The notes: generated by a model not told the origin, from the sequence alone. 64,000 bases of DNA from Pseudanabaena sp. ELA645 (GCA_037129985.1 JBAXTW010000002.1:14904-78903), one strand, 5' to 3'. Shown: positions 9,229 through 18,459, counted from the stretch's first letter. Program-made: numbers and translations.

Positions 9229-9876
9229 TCAACTTGGTTTGAACCAAAAGAATAAGTCTCTGCTTCCAGTCATTCCCTGACCGAAGAATAGCAGAGTTGC
9301 GAAAATATTTAAGATAATGTGCGCTTTTCGCCAGCGATTTTGGCGATCTTGATAGATATCCTGCACGATCGCTACGGAGAAAATCATTAACAGCGCCGCC
9401 GCTATTCCATAATAGTAATGGGAAAAAAACCACTCTTTATCGTTTCGATAAATCTCTGGTTGAGCGCCGATGACAATAAGCCCCATACCTGCTAAGGTCG
9501 CAAAAGTGCCGCGCCATAATTTACTAGTAGCTTGATAGAGAAATACCATCGCAGCGATCGATCCGATAAACAGAAGGGCAACTAAGGCAACCCGAAATGG
9601 TTCTTTAGTTAAACTATCGCGAGCGATCATCTTTGAGACAATTGGATAAGCCATACCTAAAATTGCTACTCCAACTACTGAACCAGCCAGCCAGTTTCCG
9701 ATTGCCAGATGTTCCGAGCCAACTGTTGGCGGAATTTTGCTCTTGACACCACTTGCCGCTTGCAATCGACGCTGACGGGCTAACCAAGAACGATTGAGCG
9801 CAATACCAATTAATGGAAATACGATCACGATCGCGATGACAGGATGCAACAAAGTAAAAAAATATTTTAGTTCCAT
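9229..9876 (-). CDS. Integral membrane protein, DUF4079-like (multi-His, possible b-type cytochrome)
   Basis: Predicted TM helices, each carrying a His (LLHPVIAIV, SEHLAIGNW, FFSHYYYG, KAHIILNIF). The ATG at 9876 is preferred over the TTG at 9888. The family assignment is from memory. Confidence 0.5.
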   Translation of the reverse strand: MELKYFFTLLHPVIAIVIVFPLIGIALNRSWLARQRRLQAASGVKSKIPPTVGSEHLAIGNWLAGSVVGVAILGMAYPIVSKMIARDSLTKEPFRVALVALLFIGSIAAMVFLYQATSKLWRGTFATLAGMGLIVIGAQPEIYRNDKEWFFSHYYYGIAAALLMIFSVAIVQDIYQDRQNRWRKAHIILNIFATLLFFGQGMTGSRDLFFWFKPS

Positions 9877-9973
9877 AGGAAGAGCCAATTAAATTTCAAG
9901 GTCAAACTGTAGTACTATAAAGGGCTTCATTCTGTCTATAGCAAAATGAAACCCTTAATAAGTGTAAACAAAA

Positions 9974-10366
9974 TTATTTAACTTCACTTGGAGCAAAATT
10001 AACGATCAACCCCTTCTTGATGGCAACTACCACGTCAAAGGTTGTGCAGAGTGAGATGGTGGTGTCATCTTTCTTGCTGTAAAGGTTAACTACCATGCCA
10101 GCACCACCAACTTGAACGCCGATTGGGGTAAGGTCTTTCGCATACAACATACGGAGCAAATCACCACTACCGCCTTTACCCTTTAGTGGAGTAATCCGAT
10201 CGATTTTATCTTGGCTGATTTTTTCTTGGCTCGTTGGTGCTTGGGCAATCTTGACTTCTTGGGGTGCGGCTTGAGCGGCACTTGGGTTAAAAACTTGTAC
10301 GGGAACTGTGGAAGCGGCAACCATAGTAGCGATCGCAGTTGTAGCAAGTAAAGAAGTAAGTTTCAT
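9974..10366 (-). CDS. Secreted hypothetical protein
   Basis: Clear signal-peptide-like N-terminus MKLTSLLATTAIATMVAASTVPV...AAQA. No recognisable domain. Confidence 0.5.
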   Translation of the reverse strand: MKLTSLLATTAIATMVAASTVPVQVFNPSAAQAAPQEVKIAQAPTSQEKISQDKIDRITPLKGKGGSGDLLRMLYAKDLTPIGVQVGGAGMVVNLYSKKDDTTISLCTTFDVVVAIKKGLIVNFAPSEVK

Positions 10367-10530
10367 GACAAATAGTTCCTTGGATTAGGTGTGAAAGGTT
10401 TGAATTAAGCTGTCTTCTCTCGACTTCTTTATCATCAGCGATCGCCATGAAGCGAACCTGAAACTAGCTTATGGGTTATCTAAATTTAGAATTAAATGTA
10501 ATGAGGGTAAAACTCAGCGTTTGCTCAGTT

Positions 10531-10620
10531 AACCTGTAAATGAGCAGATCCCCGACTTTTTTTGTGAATTTGTAAATTATCTTTGCTTGCTTAGAAAAAG
10601 TCGGGGATCTTTACCTGCGC
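10531..10620. repeat. Hairpin repeat GATCCCCGACTTTTT...AAAAAGTCGGGGATC, copy A (probably also the terminator of the response-regulator gene)
   Basis: 15-bp perfect stem at 10547-10609. The core is the reverse complement of the copy at 12264-12326. It lies 4 nt downstream of the RR stop codon. Confidence 0.75.
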
Positions 10621-10623
10621 TTT

Positions 10624-11304
10624 TTAATTGCTAAGTCGCAAGACGTAACCAACTCCGCGCACAGTCTGAATTAGGCGACTCGCATTATCAACCTCTAATT
10701 TCTGTCGCAAAGTGCGAACATAAACTTCGATGACATTAGAATCGCCACCAAAGTCATAGCCCCAAACTTTTTCTAAAATTTGATCACGAGTCATTACCTG
10801 TTGACGATGAACCATCAAATATTCTAATAACTCATACTCACGCACCGTTAACTCGATCGCTCTTCCTGATCGCAATATTTCACGGGTACGGCGATTTAAA
10901 CTCAAATCCTCAAATTCGAGCATATCGCTGTCCTCATCTTTAGTACGGCGTAAATTAGAGCGAATTCTGGCAAGCAATTCTTCAATACTAAAGGGCTTAA
11001 TCACATAATCATCTGCCCCAGCATCCAAACCCGCTACGCGATCGCTAATCTCATCCCTTGCAGTGACTAATATAATCGGAACCTTACTACCCGTCGATCG
11101 CAATCGCCGACAAATCTCTACTCCTGTCAATCCTGGCATCATCCAATCCAAAATCACTAAATCAGGAGGAGTTTGTCGAGCTTGAGTTAGTCCATCTAAA
11201 CCATTGTGAGCCATGCTCACCTGATAACTTTCGCAAGTTAACTCCATCTCAATAAATTGAGCTAGTTTGATATCGTCTTCAATTAAGAGAATTTTGGCTG
11301 ACAT
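10624..11304 (-). CDS. OmpR-family two-component response regulator
   Basis: Receiver (ILLIEDD, DLVILDWMMPG, KP) plus winged-helix C-terminus (LTVREYELLEYL, VRGVGYVL). Confidence 0.9.
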   Translation of the reverse strand: MSAKILLIEDDIKLAQFIEMELTCESYQVSMAHNGLDGLTQARQTPPDLVILDWMMPGLTGVEICRRLRSTGSKVPIILVTARDEISDRVAGLDAGADDYVIKPFSIEELLARIRSNLRRTKDEDSDMLEFEDLSLNRRTREILRSGRAIELTVREYELLEYLMVHRQQVMTRDQILEKVWGYDFGGDSNVIEVYVRTLRQKLEVDNASRLIQTVRGVGYVLRLSN

Positions 11305-11341
11305 AAATTTATAAGAATCTCAAATTAAATAACAAATAAGA

Positions 11342-11407
11342 GTAGGGGCGGGTTTAGCCGATAATTTGACCATGCACCGTAAGGTTATTAGCAAAACCCG
11401 CCCCTAC
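11342..11407. repeat. 66-bp GTAGGGGCGGGTTT...AAACCCGCCCCTAC palindromic element, copy 1
   Basis: Near-identical to the reverse complement of 34577-34642, with a few mismatches in the loop region. Confidence 0.8.
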
Positions 11408-11447
11408 GGAAGACGATGATTTTATTAAATTCTCAATCCTAAGTAGA

Positions 11448-12236
11448 TTAATCAATCACTACAGATGATTTGAGAATAATTTTAAAGATACTACCTTCAC
11501 CTATTTTGGAATACACATTTAGAGTTCCGCCCATGCCTTCGACTAAAACCTTGGCGATCGCCAAGCCTAACCCCGCTCCACCTGTGTCGCGATTGCGAGA
11601 ACGATCAACACGGTAAAAAGGGCTAAAAATATTCAGTTGATCTTCAAGGTCAATACCACAGCCGCGATCGCAGATACTGATCGCCACGTCATCTCCTAAA
11701 TTTTCCAATCTGATCGTAATCGTCGTATCCGAATACTTCACTGCATTATCAATTAACCTTAACAAAACTTGTTCGATTCGATCAGCATCTGCTAGCACCG
11801 AAATATTTGTTTCCTCAGATTCAACAATAATTTCGCGTAATTTGCTTTGTGGTGATTTATCTAGCTGAGAAAGTGCGATCGCCTCAGATACTAAACCATG
11901 CAATAAAACTGGTTCGCGGCGTAAGCAGATGGCATGGGAATCCAACCTTGCTAGGTCAAGGGATTCTTGCAATAATTGAATGGTATGCTGCATTTCAAAC
12001 ATGGCGACCTCCAGTGCATTTTTTTGGAGATCGGTGAGGTTTTCATTGCGGCGATGTATGCTTTGCATATAGCCATACACCAGAGTTAGAGGAGTTCTCA
12101 ACTCATGGGAGAAGTTTCCTATCAATTGCCTTTGCTGATTTTGAACTTCAGTAAGACTTACCATCGGCTTTTTTGCAGATGCTTCACTCGCAGTAATTTT
12201 TGGTATCTGAGAAGAAAAGTCACTCATATCAATCAC
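11448..12236 (-). CDS. Histidine kinase (HisKA + HATPase_c) without recognisable sensor or transmembrane domain
   Basis: H-box FSHELRTPLT about 45 aa from the N-terminus. N, G1 and G2 boxes present (IDNAVKYS, DRGCGI, GGAGLGLAI). It lies immediately upstream of the OmpR-type RR on the same strand. Confidence 0.85.
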   Translation of the reverse strand: MIDMSDFSSQIPKITASEASAKKPMVSLTEVQNQQRQLIGNFSHELRTPLTLVYGYMQSIHRRNENLTDLQKNALEVAMFEMQHTIQLLQESLDLARLDSHAICLRREPVLLHGLVSEAIALSQLDKSPQSKLREIIVESEETNISVLADADRIEQVLLRLIDNAVKYSDTTITIRLENLGDDVAISICDRGCGIDLEDQLNIFSPFYRVDRSRNRDTGGAGLGLAIAKVLVEGMGGTLNVYSKIGEGSIFKIILKSSVVID

Positions 12237-12247
12237 ATTTTATCAAA

Positions 12248-12337
12248 AACCTGTAAATGCACAGATCCCCGACTTTTTCTAAGGAAGCAAGGACAGTCTG
12301 CAAATTCACAAGAAAAGTCGGGGATCTTTAACTTTGC
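12248..12337. repeat. Hairpin repeat GATCCCCGACTTTTT...AAAAGTCGGGGATC, copy B
   Basis: Stem at 12264-12326. The left flank AACCTGTAAATG.. is shared with copy A but the loop is inverted relative to it. It lies 12 nt upstream of the HK start, in a divergent intergenic region. Confidence 0.75.
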
Positions 12338-12455
12338 TTTTTAAGTTTTCTTATACCTAGTTACTTAACAATTATTACTCTTCTCAACTGATTCAATATG
12401 ATTTATCTTTAATTAATTACTTAATAAATGCTGAGTTTTAGCCAAGTAGATTTTC

Positions 12456-14195
12456 ATGAAATACCCGAACCATCTTTACCGACATATCCTGAAGTTAGTT
12501 AAAGTATTTCTAAAAAATATTAAACTCACCATTTTGGATTTAGTGTTTCAGCGCAAAGCCCGCCTAAAAAAACAGCAACGAACCTTAGCGGTTTTATCAT
12601 CTCTCAGTTATCGCACAGGCGAACTTAAAGGATATTTACAATTAGTGGCAAATAGTGTCGGCGAACTGCTGGGATTGGATTGGGCTGTGGTAACTTTATG
12701 TCGAGAAGGAGTTGAAAGCATTTTAGCTAGCTCAATTGATATGGGAGATGATGGCGATCGCCCATTAGCTCTGCATGGTACGCTCACCGAAACCGTAATC
12801 AATTCTGGCTCCTGCTTGTTCGTGGAAAATACCTCAATCAACAAACAATATGGCGAACCACCTAAAGGCTATTTTGCCTATTTAGGCGCTCCCTTACGAT
12901 TACCAACTGGCGAAATTATTGGCACGATCTGTTCTTTTCATCGACAGCCGCGCAAATTCACGCAAGAAGAAATGCGCTTGGTGGAAATCTTTGCCGAACG
13001 GGCCGCCACTGCGATCGACAACTATAATCTCTATCAACAACAACAAGAAATCAATCTTGCCCTGCAAACTGAGATTAAAGAGCGCCATGAAGTAGAGCAA
13101 GCATTGCGAAAAAGTGAAGAGCAGTTGCGGCAGATTGCTGAGAACTTAGAGCCATTGGTGTGGATGTATTCCCACGATGGACAGCCGATATATATGAGTC
13201 CAATGTTTGAGAAAGTATGGGGAATTCCCATTGAAAAATGGTATGCCGATGGGACAGTTTGCTTAAATGCAATACATCCAGAAGATCGCGAGACAGTTTC
13301 AATTGCTTTTAAGCGAATGTTTACCCATAATGATAATTATAATCTTGAATATCGAATTATTCGTCCAGATCGTAGCATCAGAATTATTCGCGATCGCGCT
13401 TTTCCAATCGTCGATGAATCTGGCAAAGTATATCGGATTGCAGGGATTGCGGAGGATATTACCGATCGCCAACAAGAACAAGAACGCACGATTAAGGCAA
13501 TGGAAAGACTCTCAGAGATTGGCGAACTAGCAACGACAATCGTTCATGAAGTTCGCAATCCGCTCACCACAGTCATGATGGGGCTAAACTTTTTTGAGCG
13601 AATGGAACTGTCAGAGAATGCTAGGAAGCGATTGATGCTTGCTTTAGAGGAAGCCGAGCGATTGAAAAAGCTTTTAAATGAAATCCTTCTCTATGCAAAG
13701 CACGAGGTTATTCAATCCGCAGTCGTCGATCTCAATCAATTAACCCTGAAAGTAGTAGAAAATATTGCTAGTACCCAAGATGCAATTGGTAAACAAATAT
13801 ATTTTGAGCCTTTACCTGAGCCAATTCTCATTGCTGGTGATAAAGACAAGTTAAAGCAAGTTTTGATTAATTTATTGCAAAATGCCTGTGAAGCTGTCAC
13901 GGCGGGAGAAAAAATCTCTGTATATTTTTCCTCCCTAACTAGCTCTCAGCAAATTTGTCTGCACGTCCACAATGGCGGCGATCCAATCCCATCTGAGCTT
14001 TTACCTAATTTGACTAAACCATTTATGACTACGAAACCTTCGGGCAATGGACTAGGATTAGCGATCGTCAAAAAAATTGTCGAAGCGCACGGCGGTAAAT
14101 TAGAAATTGAATCTTCAGCGATCGCAGGGACAATTGTCAGCATCCAATTACCAAAAACTCCATCAATTTTAGAAATTACTCAAAAAGACACATGA
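12456..14195 (+). CDS. GAF-PAS sensor histidine kinase
   Basis: N-terminal GAF-like region, coiled-coil linker, PAS-like region (LEYRIIRPDRSIRIIRDRAFPI), H-box HEVRNPLT and ATPase boxes (NLLQNACEA, GNGLGLAIVKKIVEAHGG). Confidence 0.85.
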   Translation: MKYPNHLYRHILKLVKVFLKNIKLTILDLVFQRKARLKKQQRTLAVLSSLSYRTGELKGYLQLVANSVGELLGLDWAVVTLCREGVESILASSIDMGDDGDRPLALHGTLTETVINSGSCLFVENTSINKQYGEPPKGYFAYLGAPLRLPTGEIIGTICSFHRQPRKFTQEEMRLVEIFAERAATAIDNYNLYQQQQEINLALQTEIKERHEVEQALRKSEEQLRQIAENLEPLVWMYSHDGQPIYMSPMFEKVWGIPIEKWYADGTVCLNAIHPEDRETVSIAFKRMFTHNDNYNLEYRIIRPDRSIRIIRDRAFPIVDESGKVYRIAGIAEDITDRQQEQERTIKAMERLSEIGELATTIVHEVRNPLTTVMMGLNFFERMELSENARKRLMLALEEAERLKKLLNEILLYAKHEVIQSAVVDLNQLTLKVVENIASTQDAIGKQIYFEPLPEPILIAGDKDKLKQVLINLLQNACEAVTAGEKISVYFSSLTSSQQICLHVHNGGDPIPSELLPNLTKPFMTTKPSGNGLGLAIVKKIVEAHGGKLEIESSAIAGTIVSIQLPKTPSILEITQKDT

Positions 14196-14620
14196 AAAAA
14201 TTTCCAAAGAGCGATCGCCAAATAGCAACTCCAGATAATATTTCTCGCGACTCAACTAAAGAACGCATCGAGATGTTTTTTTGCTTAATGCCAGTATTTG
14301 GGCTAATTCCCTCCGCGATCGCTTTGGTGCGTCAGCGCAGTAGCCGCAAAGTCCGCGATGTCAGTCAAGTGGCGATCGCTTTGATGCTGACTTGGGCGAT
14401 CGCCTATGGGGCAATGGGAGGTGTGCCAACCGAGGGTGAAACTGTGCAAATCACAGCCGAGCTAATCAAGGCAAGCTTAACTTCAGGTTATTTTGGGATT
14501 TGTATTTATTTAATGTATCGGTTATATCGCCATCAAGCGATCGCCTTGCCTTGGATGAAAGATATGTTAAAAAATAATAAAATTCGACCAGCAAACCGTA
14601 ATCAAACACCTGATAATTAG
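14192..14620 (+). CDS. Hypothetical membrane protein
   Basis: The ATG overlaps the kinase stop (ATGA). About three hydrophobic segments. No recognisable domain. Confidence 0.45.
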   Translation: MKKFPKSDRQIATPDNISRDSTKERIEMFFCLMPVFGLIPSAIALVRQRSSRKVRDVSQVAIALMLTWAIAYGAMGGVPTEGETVQITAELIKASLTSGYFGICIYLMYRLYRHQAIALPWMKDMLKNNKIRPANRNQTPDN

Positions 14621-14654
14621 ATCTTAATTATTTTAGATTTAGAAGCAATATTTT

Positions 14655-15053
14655 ATGATTTTACGAAATGCTAAAGGCGTGGTTAAAATTTTTGCTAAAG
14701 ACTTCCAATCCTTTGTCCTGAAAGGTAATGTGATCTACTTAGCGATCGCCGTGATCATTGGTGGAGCTTTTGGAAAAATTGTCACTTCTTTGATTGAGGA
14801 CATCATTACGCCTTTACTGCTAAATCCTGCCCTCAAATCCGCTAATGTACAAGACTTGGCAAAGCTCCAAATTAATGGCATCAAATATGGTGTATTTCTT
14901 GCTGCGGTGATTAATTTTTTAGTTATCGCCTTTGTAATTTTCGTAATGATTCGATTTTTGGCAGCGTTGCAGCGTAGAGAAAAACAGGCGGAAGTACCAA
15001 TCGAAGTCAAGCCTGACCCACAGGAGCGTTTAACTTGGCTGTTGAACGTTTAG
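14655..15053 (+). CDS. mscL: Large-conductance mechanosensitive channel
   Basis: FKDF..FVLKGNVIYLAIAVIIGGAFGKIVTSLIEDIITPLL is a typical MscL N-terminus with TM1. The length is ~130 aa. Confidence 0.85.
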   Translation: MILRNAKGVVKIFAKDFQSFVLKGNVIYLAIAVIIGGAFGKIVTSLIEDIITPLLLNPALKSANVQDLAKLQINGIKYGVFLAAVINFLVIAFVIFVMIRFLAALQRREKQAEVPIEVKPDPQERLTWLLNV

Positions 15054-15146
15054 CAGAAGTGATGGAATCGAAATAAAATATTAGATGTGCTTTGCTCACA
15101 ACTCCGTTTGTTGACTAAAAAAATCCTTCGAGACTGCTTGCATATC

Positions 15147-16205
15147 ATGCCATTTAGACAATTCAGAAAAAAAATCAGCAAAGAAATTCAGTATTTCTTA
15201 TTCACATCCTGCCTAACTTTAGGAATTGCCATCGGGCTTAATGCTTGCGTTAGTCCCAATAATGACCAAAATAATGGCAAAAAAGCTGAAGAGTCTAAAT
15301 CACCTGTTCCTATATTTTTGTTTATGCAAGCTTCTCCCGATGGCAAGACGATCGAGGGAATCGTGCCGTCGGATCTAGTTGAACAACTTGGTAGTTTAGA
15401 TCGGGTGGTTCAATCAATTCCGTCAGGAAGCAAATTTTCGTTAATCCAGTTTGGCAAACCCTTGGGAATGTTCCAGATTAGTGCGGTACGCGGTTCCGAT
15501 GCGTTTGGCGCGATCGCTAGTTTTAAATTACAAGCACCAAATAACAACGAAAAAGATCCACAGCTTAAAGCCCTTGATCCTACAGTGCTGCGTCAATCTA
15601 ACTTGACGATTGTGGCTAGCGATCGCCTTAATAATATCCCCAATAATTCGCAAAGTATTGATCGCACCTACGTCTTTAATTGTCCTAACAAAATCCAACC
15701 CCTTGTTTTAGAAAAATCACGCAATTTATTTCTCAATCTTGGCGCTAATCAAGCCGCCATTCCCCAAGTGGCGATCGCCTCGTTAGTCTGTGCGGATATT
15801 GACGGTGATAATCAGCCTGAAATTATTGCAGGTTTGCGCCTCGATAATACGATCCGCCCCGTAGGATTTGATCCGCAAATGTGGAAAGAATTTTTGTCTC
15901 GTCCCGCCATCGAACGTCAGGAGTACAGTATGTTGGTGATGCTACGCAAGTCAGGTAATGATTGGACATCTGAGCCAATTTTGACCCATACGAGGGCGCT
16001 CTCTTACATCAACGACAGTGTAAGTAGTTATGCTCTGTACGGCATTCAAGAAATCAACGGCGATCGCTATCCTGAAATTATTGTTCAAGAAATTGGTTTA
16101 AACTCTCTCGATGTGCGGGTGCTAACGCCCAATGTAGACGCGCAGGGCAAATGGCAATGGCGCAGTTATTACCAAAATCAGCGATCGCTAAATATTGTTC
16201 AGTAG
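15147..16205 (+). CDS. Putative lipoprotein with FG-GAP/VCBS-like motifs
   Basis: Lipobox-like LGIAIGLNAC after the internal ATG at 15147. DIDGDNQPEIIAG and INGDRYPEIIVQ resemble FG-GAP calcium-binding loops. Confidence 0.5.
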   Translation: MPFRQFRKKISKEIQYFLFTSCLTLGIAIGLNACVSPNNDQNNGKKAEESKSPVPIFLFMQASPDGKTIEGIVPSDLVEQLGSLDRVVQSIPSGSKFSLIQFGKPLGMFQISAVRGSDAFGAIASFKLQAPNNNEKDPQLKALDPTVLRQSNLTIVASDRLNNIPNNSQSIDRTYVFNCPNKIQPLVLEKSRNLFLNLGANQAAIPQVAIASLVCADIDGDNQPEIIAGLRLDNTIRPVGFDPQMWKEFLSRPAIERQEYSMLVMLRKSGNDWTSEPILTHTRALSYINDSVSSYALYGIQEINGDRYPEIIVQEIGLNSLDVRVLTPNVDAQGKWQWRSYYQNQRSLNIVQ

Positions 16206-16271
16206 CTGTAAAGATTAAGAACAAGGGGCTTAAGCCCCTTGCCTGTAATAATTAAAGAAAATCGTTTTGTT

Positions 16272-17537
16272 ATGTTTTTAGAAAATTCCATCACCTCTCC
16301 TGTTCTGTTTAAACAGGTACGAATTCTGGCTCCAGATGCATCATTAAATATTGCTGAAACTTTTGCAGATGTATTGATTGATCAAGATCGCCAAATATAT
16401 CTTAATCCCGATCAGAGTCAAATATCCCCAGAGACTAAGATTGATGAACGTTCAGGGCTGATTTTGGGAACTGGGGCGATCGATCTTTACAGTACAAGTG
16501 GCGAACCTGGGCATGAATCGCGGGAGACGATCGCTGAACTTGTGCAGGGAGCAAAAAATGGGGGATTTTCGACTGTAGGGATTTTGCCAAATACTCAACC
16601 TGCGATCGATGATATTGCCGCTTTAGAATTTTGGCGCAATGTCCAAAAAAAATATGGTGAAATTCTTCAACCTTGGGGCGCAATTACCAAAGGATTAGAA
16701 GGAAAACAACTAACCGATATGGCAGAACTTGCCGAGTCGGTGATTGGTTTCACCGATGGCAAACCATTAGCCAATCTTCTGTTAGTACGCCGCGCTATGG
16801 AATATCTCAAACCTCTTGGCAAAGCGATCGCTCTATTCCCTCAAAATCCTGAACTCGCCAGTGGCGGTGTGATCCGTGAGGGTAAGTGGTCGTTGCAATA
16901 TGGAATGTCAGGATACCCAGCCGCCGCCGAAACCTCGGCTCTTGCGGCTTTAATTGAACTAGTCCGTCTCACCAAAGCCAAGACTCATTTCATGCGAATT
17001 TCCTCGGCTCAGAGTGTGGAACTAATTGCTCAAGCTAAAAATGATGGATTGCCTGTAACTGCGAGTACAACTTGGTTACATCTTTCTCATTGCGATCGCG
17101 ATTTAGTTAATTATGATCCCAATTTGCGTCTTAATCCGCCCCTTGGCAATGAAACCGATCGCCTCGCGTTAATAGCAGGGATTAAATCAGGTGCAATAGA
17201 TAGCATTGCAATCGACCATATCCCATGCGCCTATGAAGAAAAAGTAGTTCCCTTTGAAGTTGCACCTGTTGGAGCGATTGGTTTGGAATTTGCTCTTTCC
17301 GTTCTCTGGCAAAACTTAGTTACGACAGGATTATTATCCGCTAGTGAACTATGGCAATCTCTCAGTACTAATCCTGCTAAGTGCTTAGGAATCGCGACTC
17401 CCAAACTCTCAACTTTGTTTGATCCAAAATTAGAATGGCTAGTCAATGACAAAGCGATCGCCTCGCAATCGAAAAACACTAGCTATATGGGGCGATCGCT
17501 AACTGGGAAAGTTCTATTCTCAGTTAGCGATCGCTGA
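16272..17537 (+). CDS. Dihydroorotase-like amidohydrolase (type I DHOase fold, metal ligands partly degenerate)
   Basis: Alignable by eye to type I DHOase (GFTDG, HFMRISS, IAIDHIPCAYEEK), but the HxH box reads DLYSTSGEPG. The start is taken at the ATG at 16272, downstream of the palindrome at 16220-16244. Confidence 0.75.
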   Translation: MFLENSITSPVLFKQVRILAPDASLNIAETFADVLIDQDRQIYLNPDQSQISPETKIDERSGLILGTGAIDLYSTSGEPGHESRETIAELVQGAKNGGFSTVGILPNTQPAIDDIAALEFWRNVQKKYGEILQPWGAITKGLEGKQLTDMAELAESVIGFTDGKPLANLLLVRRAMEYLKPLGKAIALFPQNPELASGGVIREGKWSLQYGMSGYPAAAETSALAALIELVRLTKAKTHFMRISSAQSVELIAQAKNDGLPVTASTTWLHLSHCDRDLVNYDPNLRLNPPLGNETDRLALIAGIKSGAIDSIAIDHIPCAYEEKVVPFEVAPVGAIGLEFALSVLWQNLVTTGLLSASELWQSLSTNPAKCLGIATPKLSTLFDPKLEWLVNDKAIASQSKNTSYMGRSLTGKVLFSVSDR

Positions 17538-17554
17538 GAGTGGAAATTATAAAG

Positions 17555-18043
17555 TTATGAAGACTTACCACGAAGTTGGCGCATGAGATTTGCCATTTCG
17601 ATCGCCCCCATGCCAAATTCCCAACCCTTATTACTCTTAATACCAGCGCGTTCTAGAGCCTGTTGCATCGTGTCAGTGGTCAGCACCCCAAAAATAATCG
17701 GCACACCCGTTTGAAAGGAAGCGGCGGCGACACCCTTGGAGACTTCATTGGACACATAGTCAAAATGAGGCGTATCGCCGCGAATGACTGCTCCCAAACA
17801 AATAATCGCATCGTAACGACCTGAAACCGCTAACTCCTTGGCAACCATCGAGATTTCGAGGCTTCCAGGAACCCAAACATAATCAACCTGACTACCATTC
17901 TCAGAAACATCAACCCCATGTCGCAGCAATGCATCTTGACATCCTTGGAGCAGTTTACCAACGATCAAATCATTAAATCGCGCAACCACGATCGCAAAAC
18001 GCAAACTATCGGTATTGGTAAAGCTACCTGAAAAAACAGTCAT
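17555..18043 (-). CDS. ribH: 6,7-dimethyl-8-ribityllumazine synthase
   Basis: [42 protein letters not shown] are classic RibH motifs. Confidence 0.9.
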   Translation of the reverse strand: MTVFSGSFTNTDSLRFAIVVARFNDLIVGKLLQGCQDALLRHGVDVSENGSQVDYVWVPGSLEISMVAKELAVSGRYDAIICLGAVIRGDTPHFDYVSNEVSKGVAAASFQTGVPIIFGVLTTDTMQQALERAGIKSNKGWEFGMGAIEMANLMRQLRGKSS

Positions 18044-18080
18044 AGAGTTAATTATTAAAAACAGAATTAAAAGTAAGTCA

Positions 18081-18113
18081 ATTTTGAAAGGGCGCTTTGC
18101 GCCCTTTCAAAAT
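18081..18113 (-). terminator. Hairpin terminator downstream of psbZ
   Basis: ATTTTGAAAGGGCGC-TTTG-GCGCCCTTTCAAAAT, a perfect palindrome with A/T flanks. Confidence 0.6.
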
Positions 18114-18118
18114 ATTAG

Positions 18119-18307
18119 TTAGGCGACAAACGCATTCAAAATACCGATGACGATAACAAATGCTAACCAAATTACAGATCCCAAGAATAAAAGGGGCTTT
18201 GTTTGATTCCAAGAGCTAGGAGATGCGTAGGCAACAGGAACACCAACTACCAATACGAAGGAAAAAAGTACAAAAGCCGCTAATAAAAGTTGAAAGAGAA
18301 TAGTCAT
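18119..18307 (-). CDS. psbZ: Photosystem II protein PsbZ (Ycf9)
   Basis: 62 aa with two TM helices. [30 protein letters not shown] matches the PsbZ pattern. Confidence 0.9.
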   Translation of the reverse strand: MTILFQLLLAAFVLFSFVLVVGVPVAYASPSSWNQTKPLLFLGSVIWLAFVIVIGILNAFVA

Positions 18308-18412
18308 TTTTTTAACTCCGATTACTAAAATAAAATGCCGAAATAAATCCTTTACACCAAATTAGCAGAAAATGCGTCTATCTTACAGCGCAAAGCGCTG
18401 ACATCAAACCCA

Positions 18413-18459
18413 GAGAAAAGTTTAAAAGTGCCGCTTTGCGGCACTTTTAAACTTTTCTC
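18413..18459 (-). terminator. Long hairpin immediately after the stop of the histidine phosphatase gene
   Basis: GAGAAAAGTTTAAAAGTGCCGC-TTTG-CGGCACTTTTAAACTTTTCTC, a ~21-bp stem. Confidence 0.55.
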
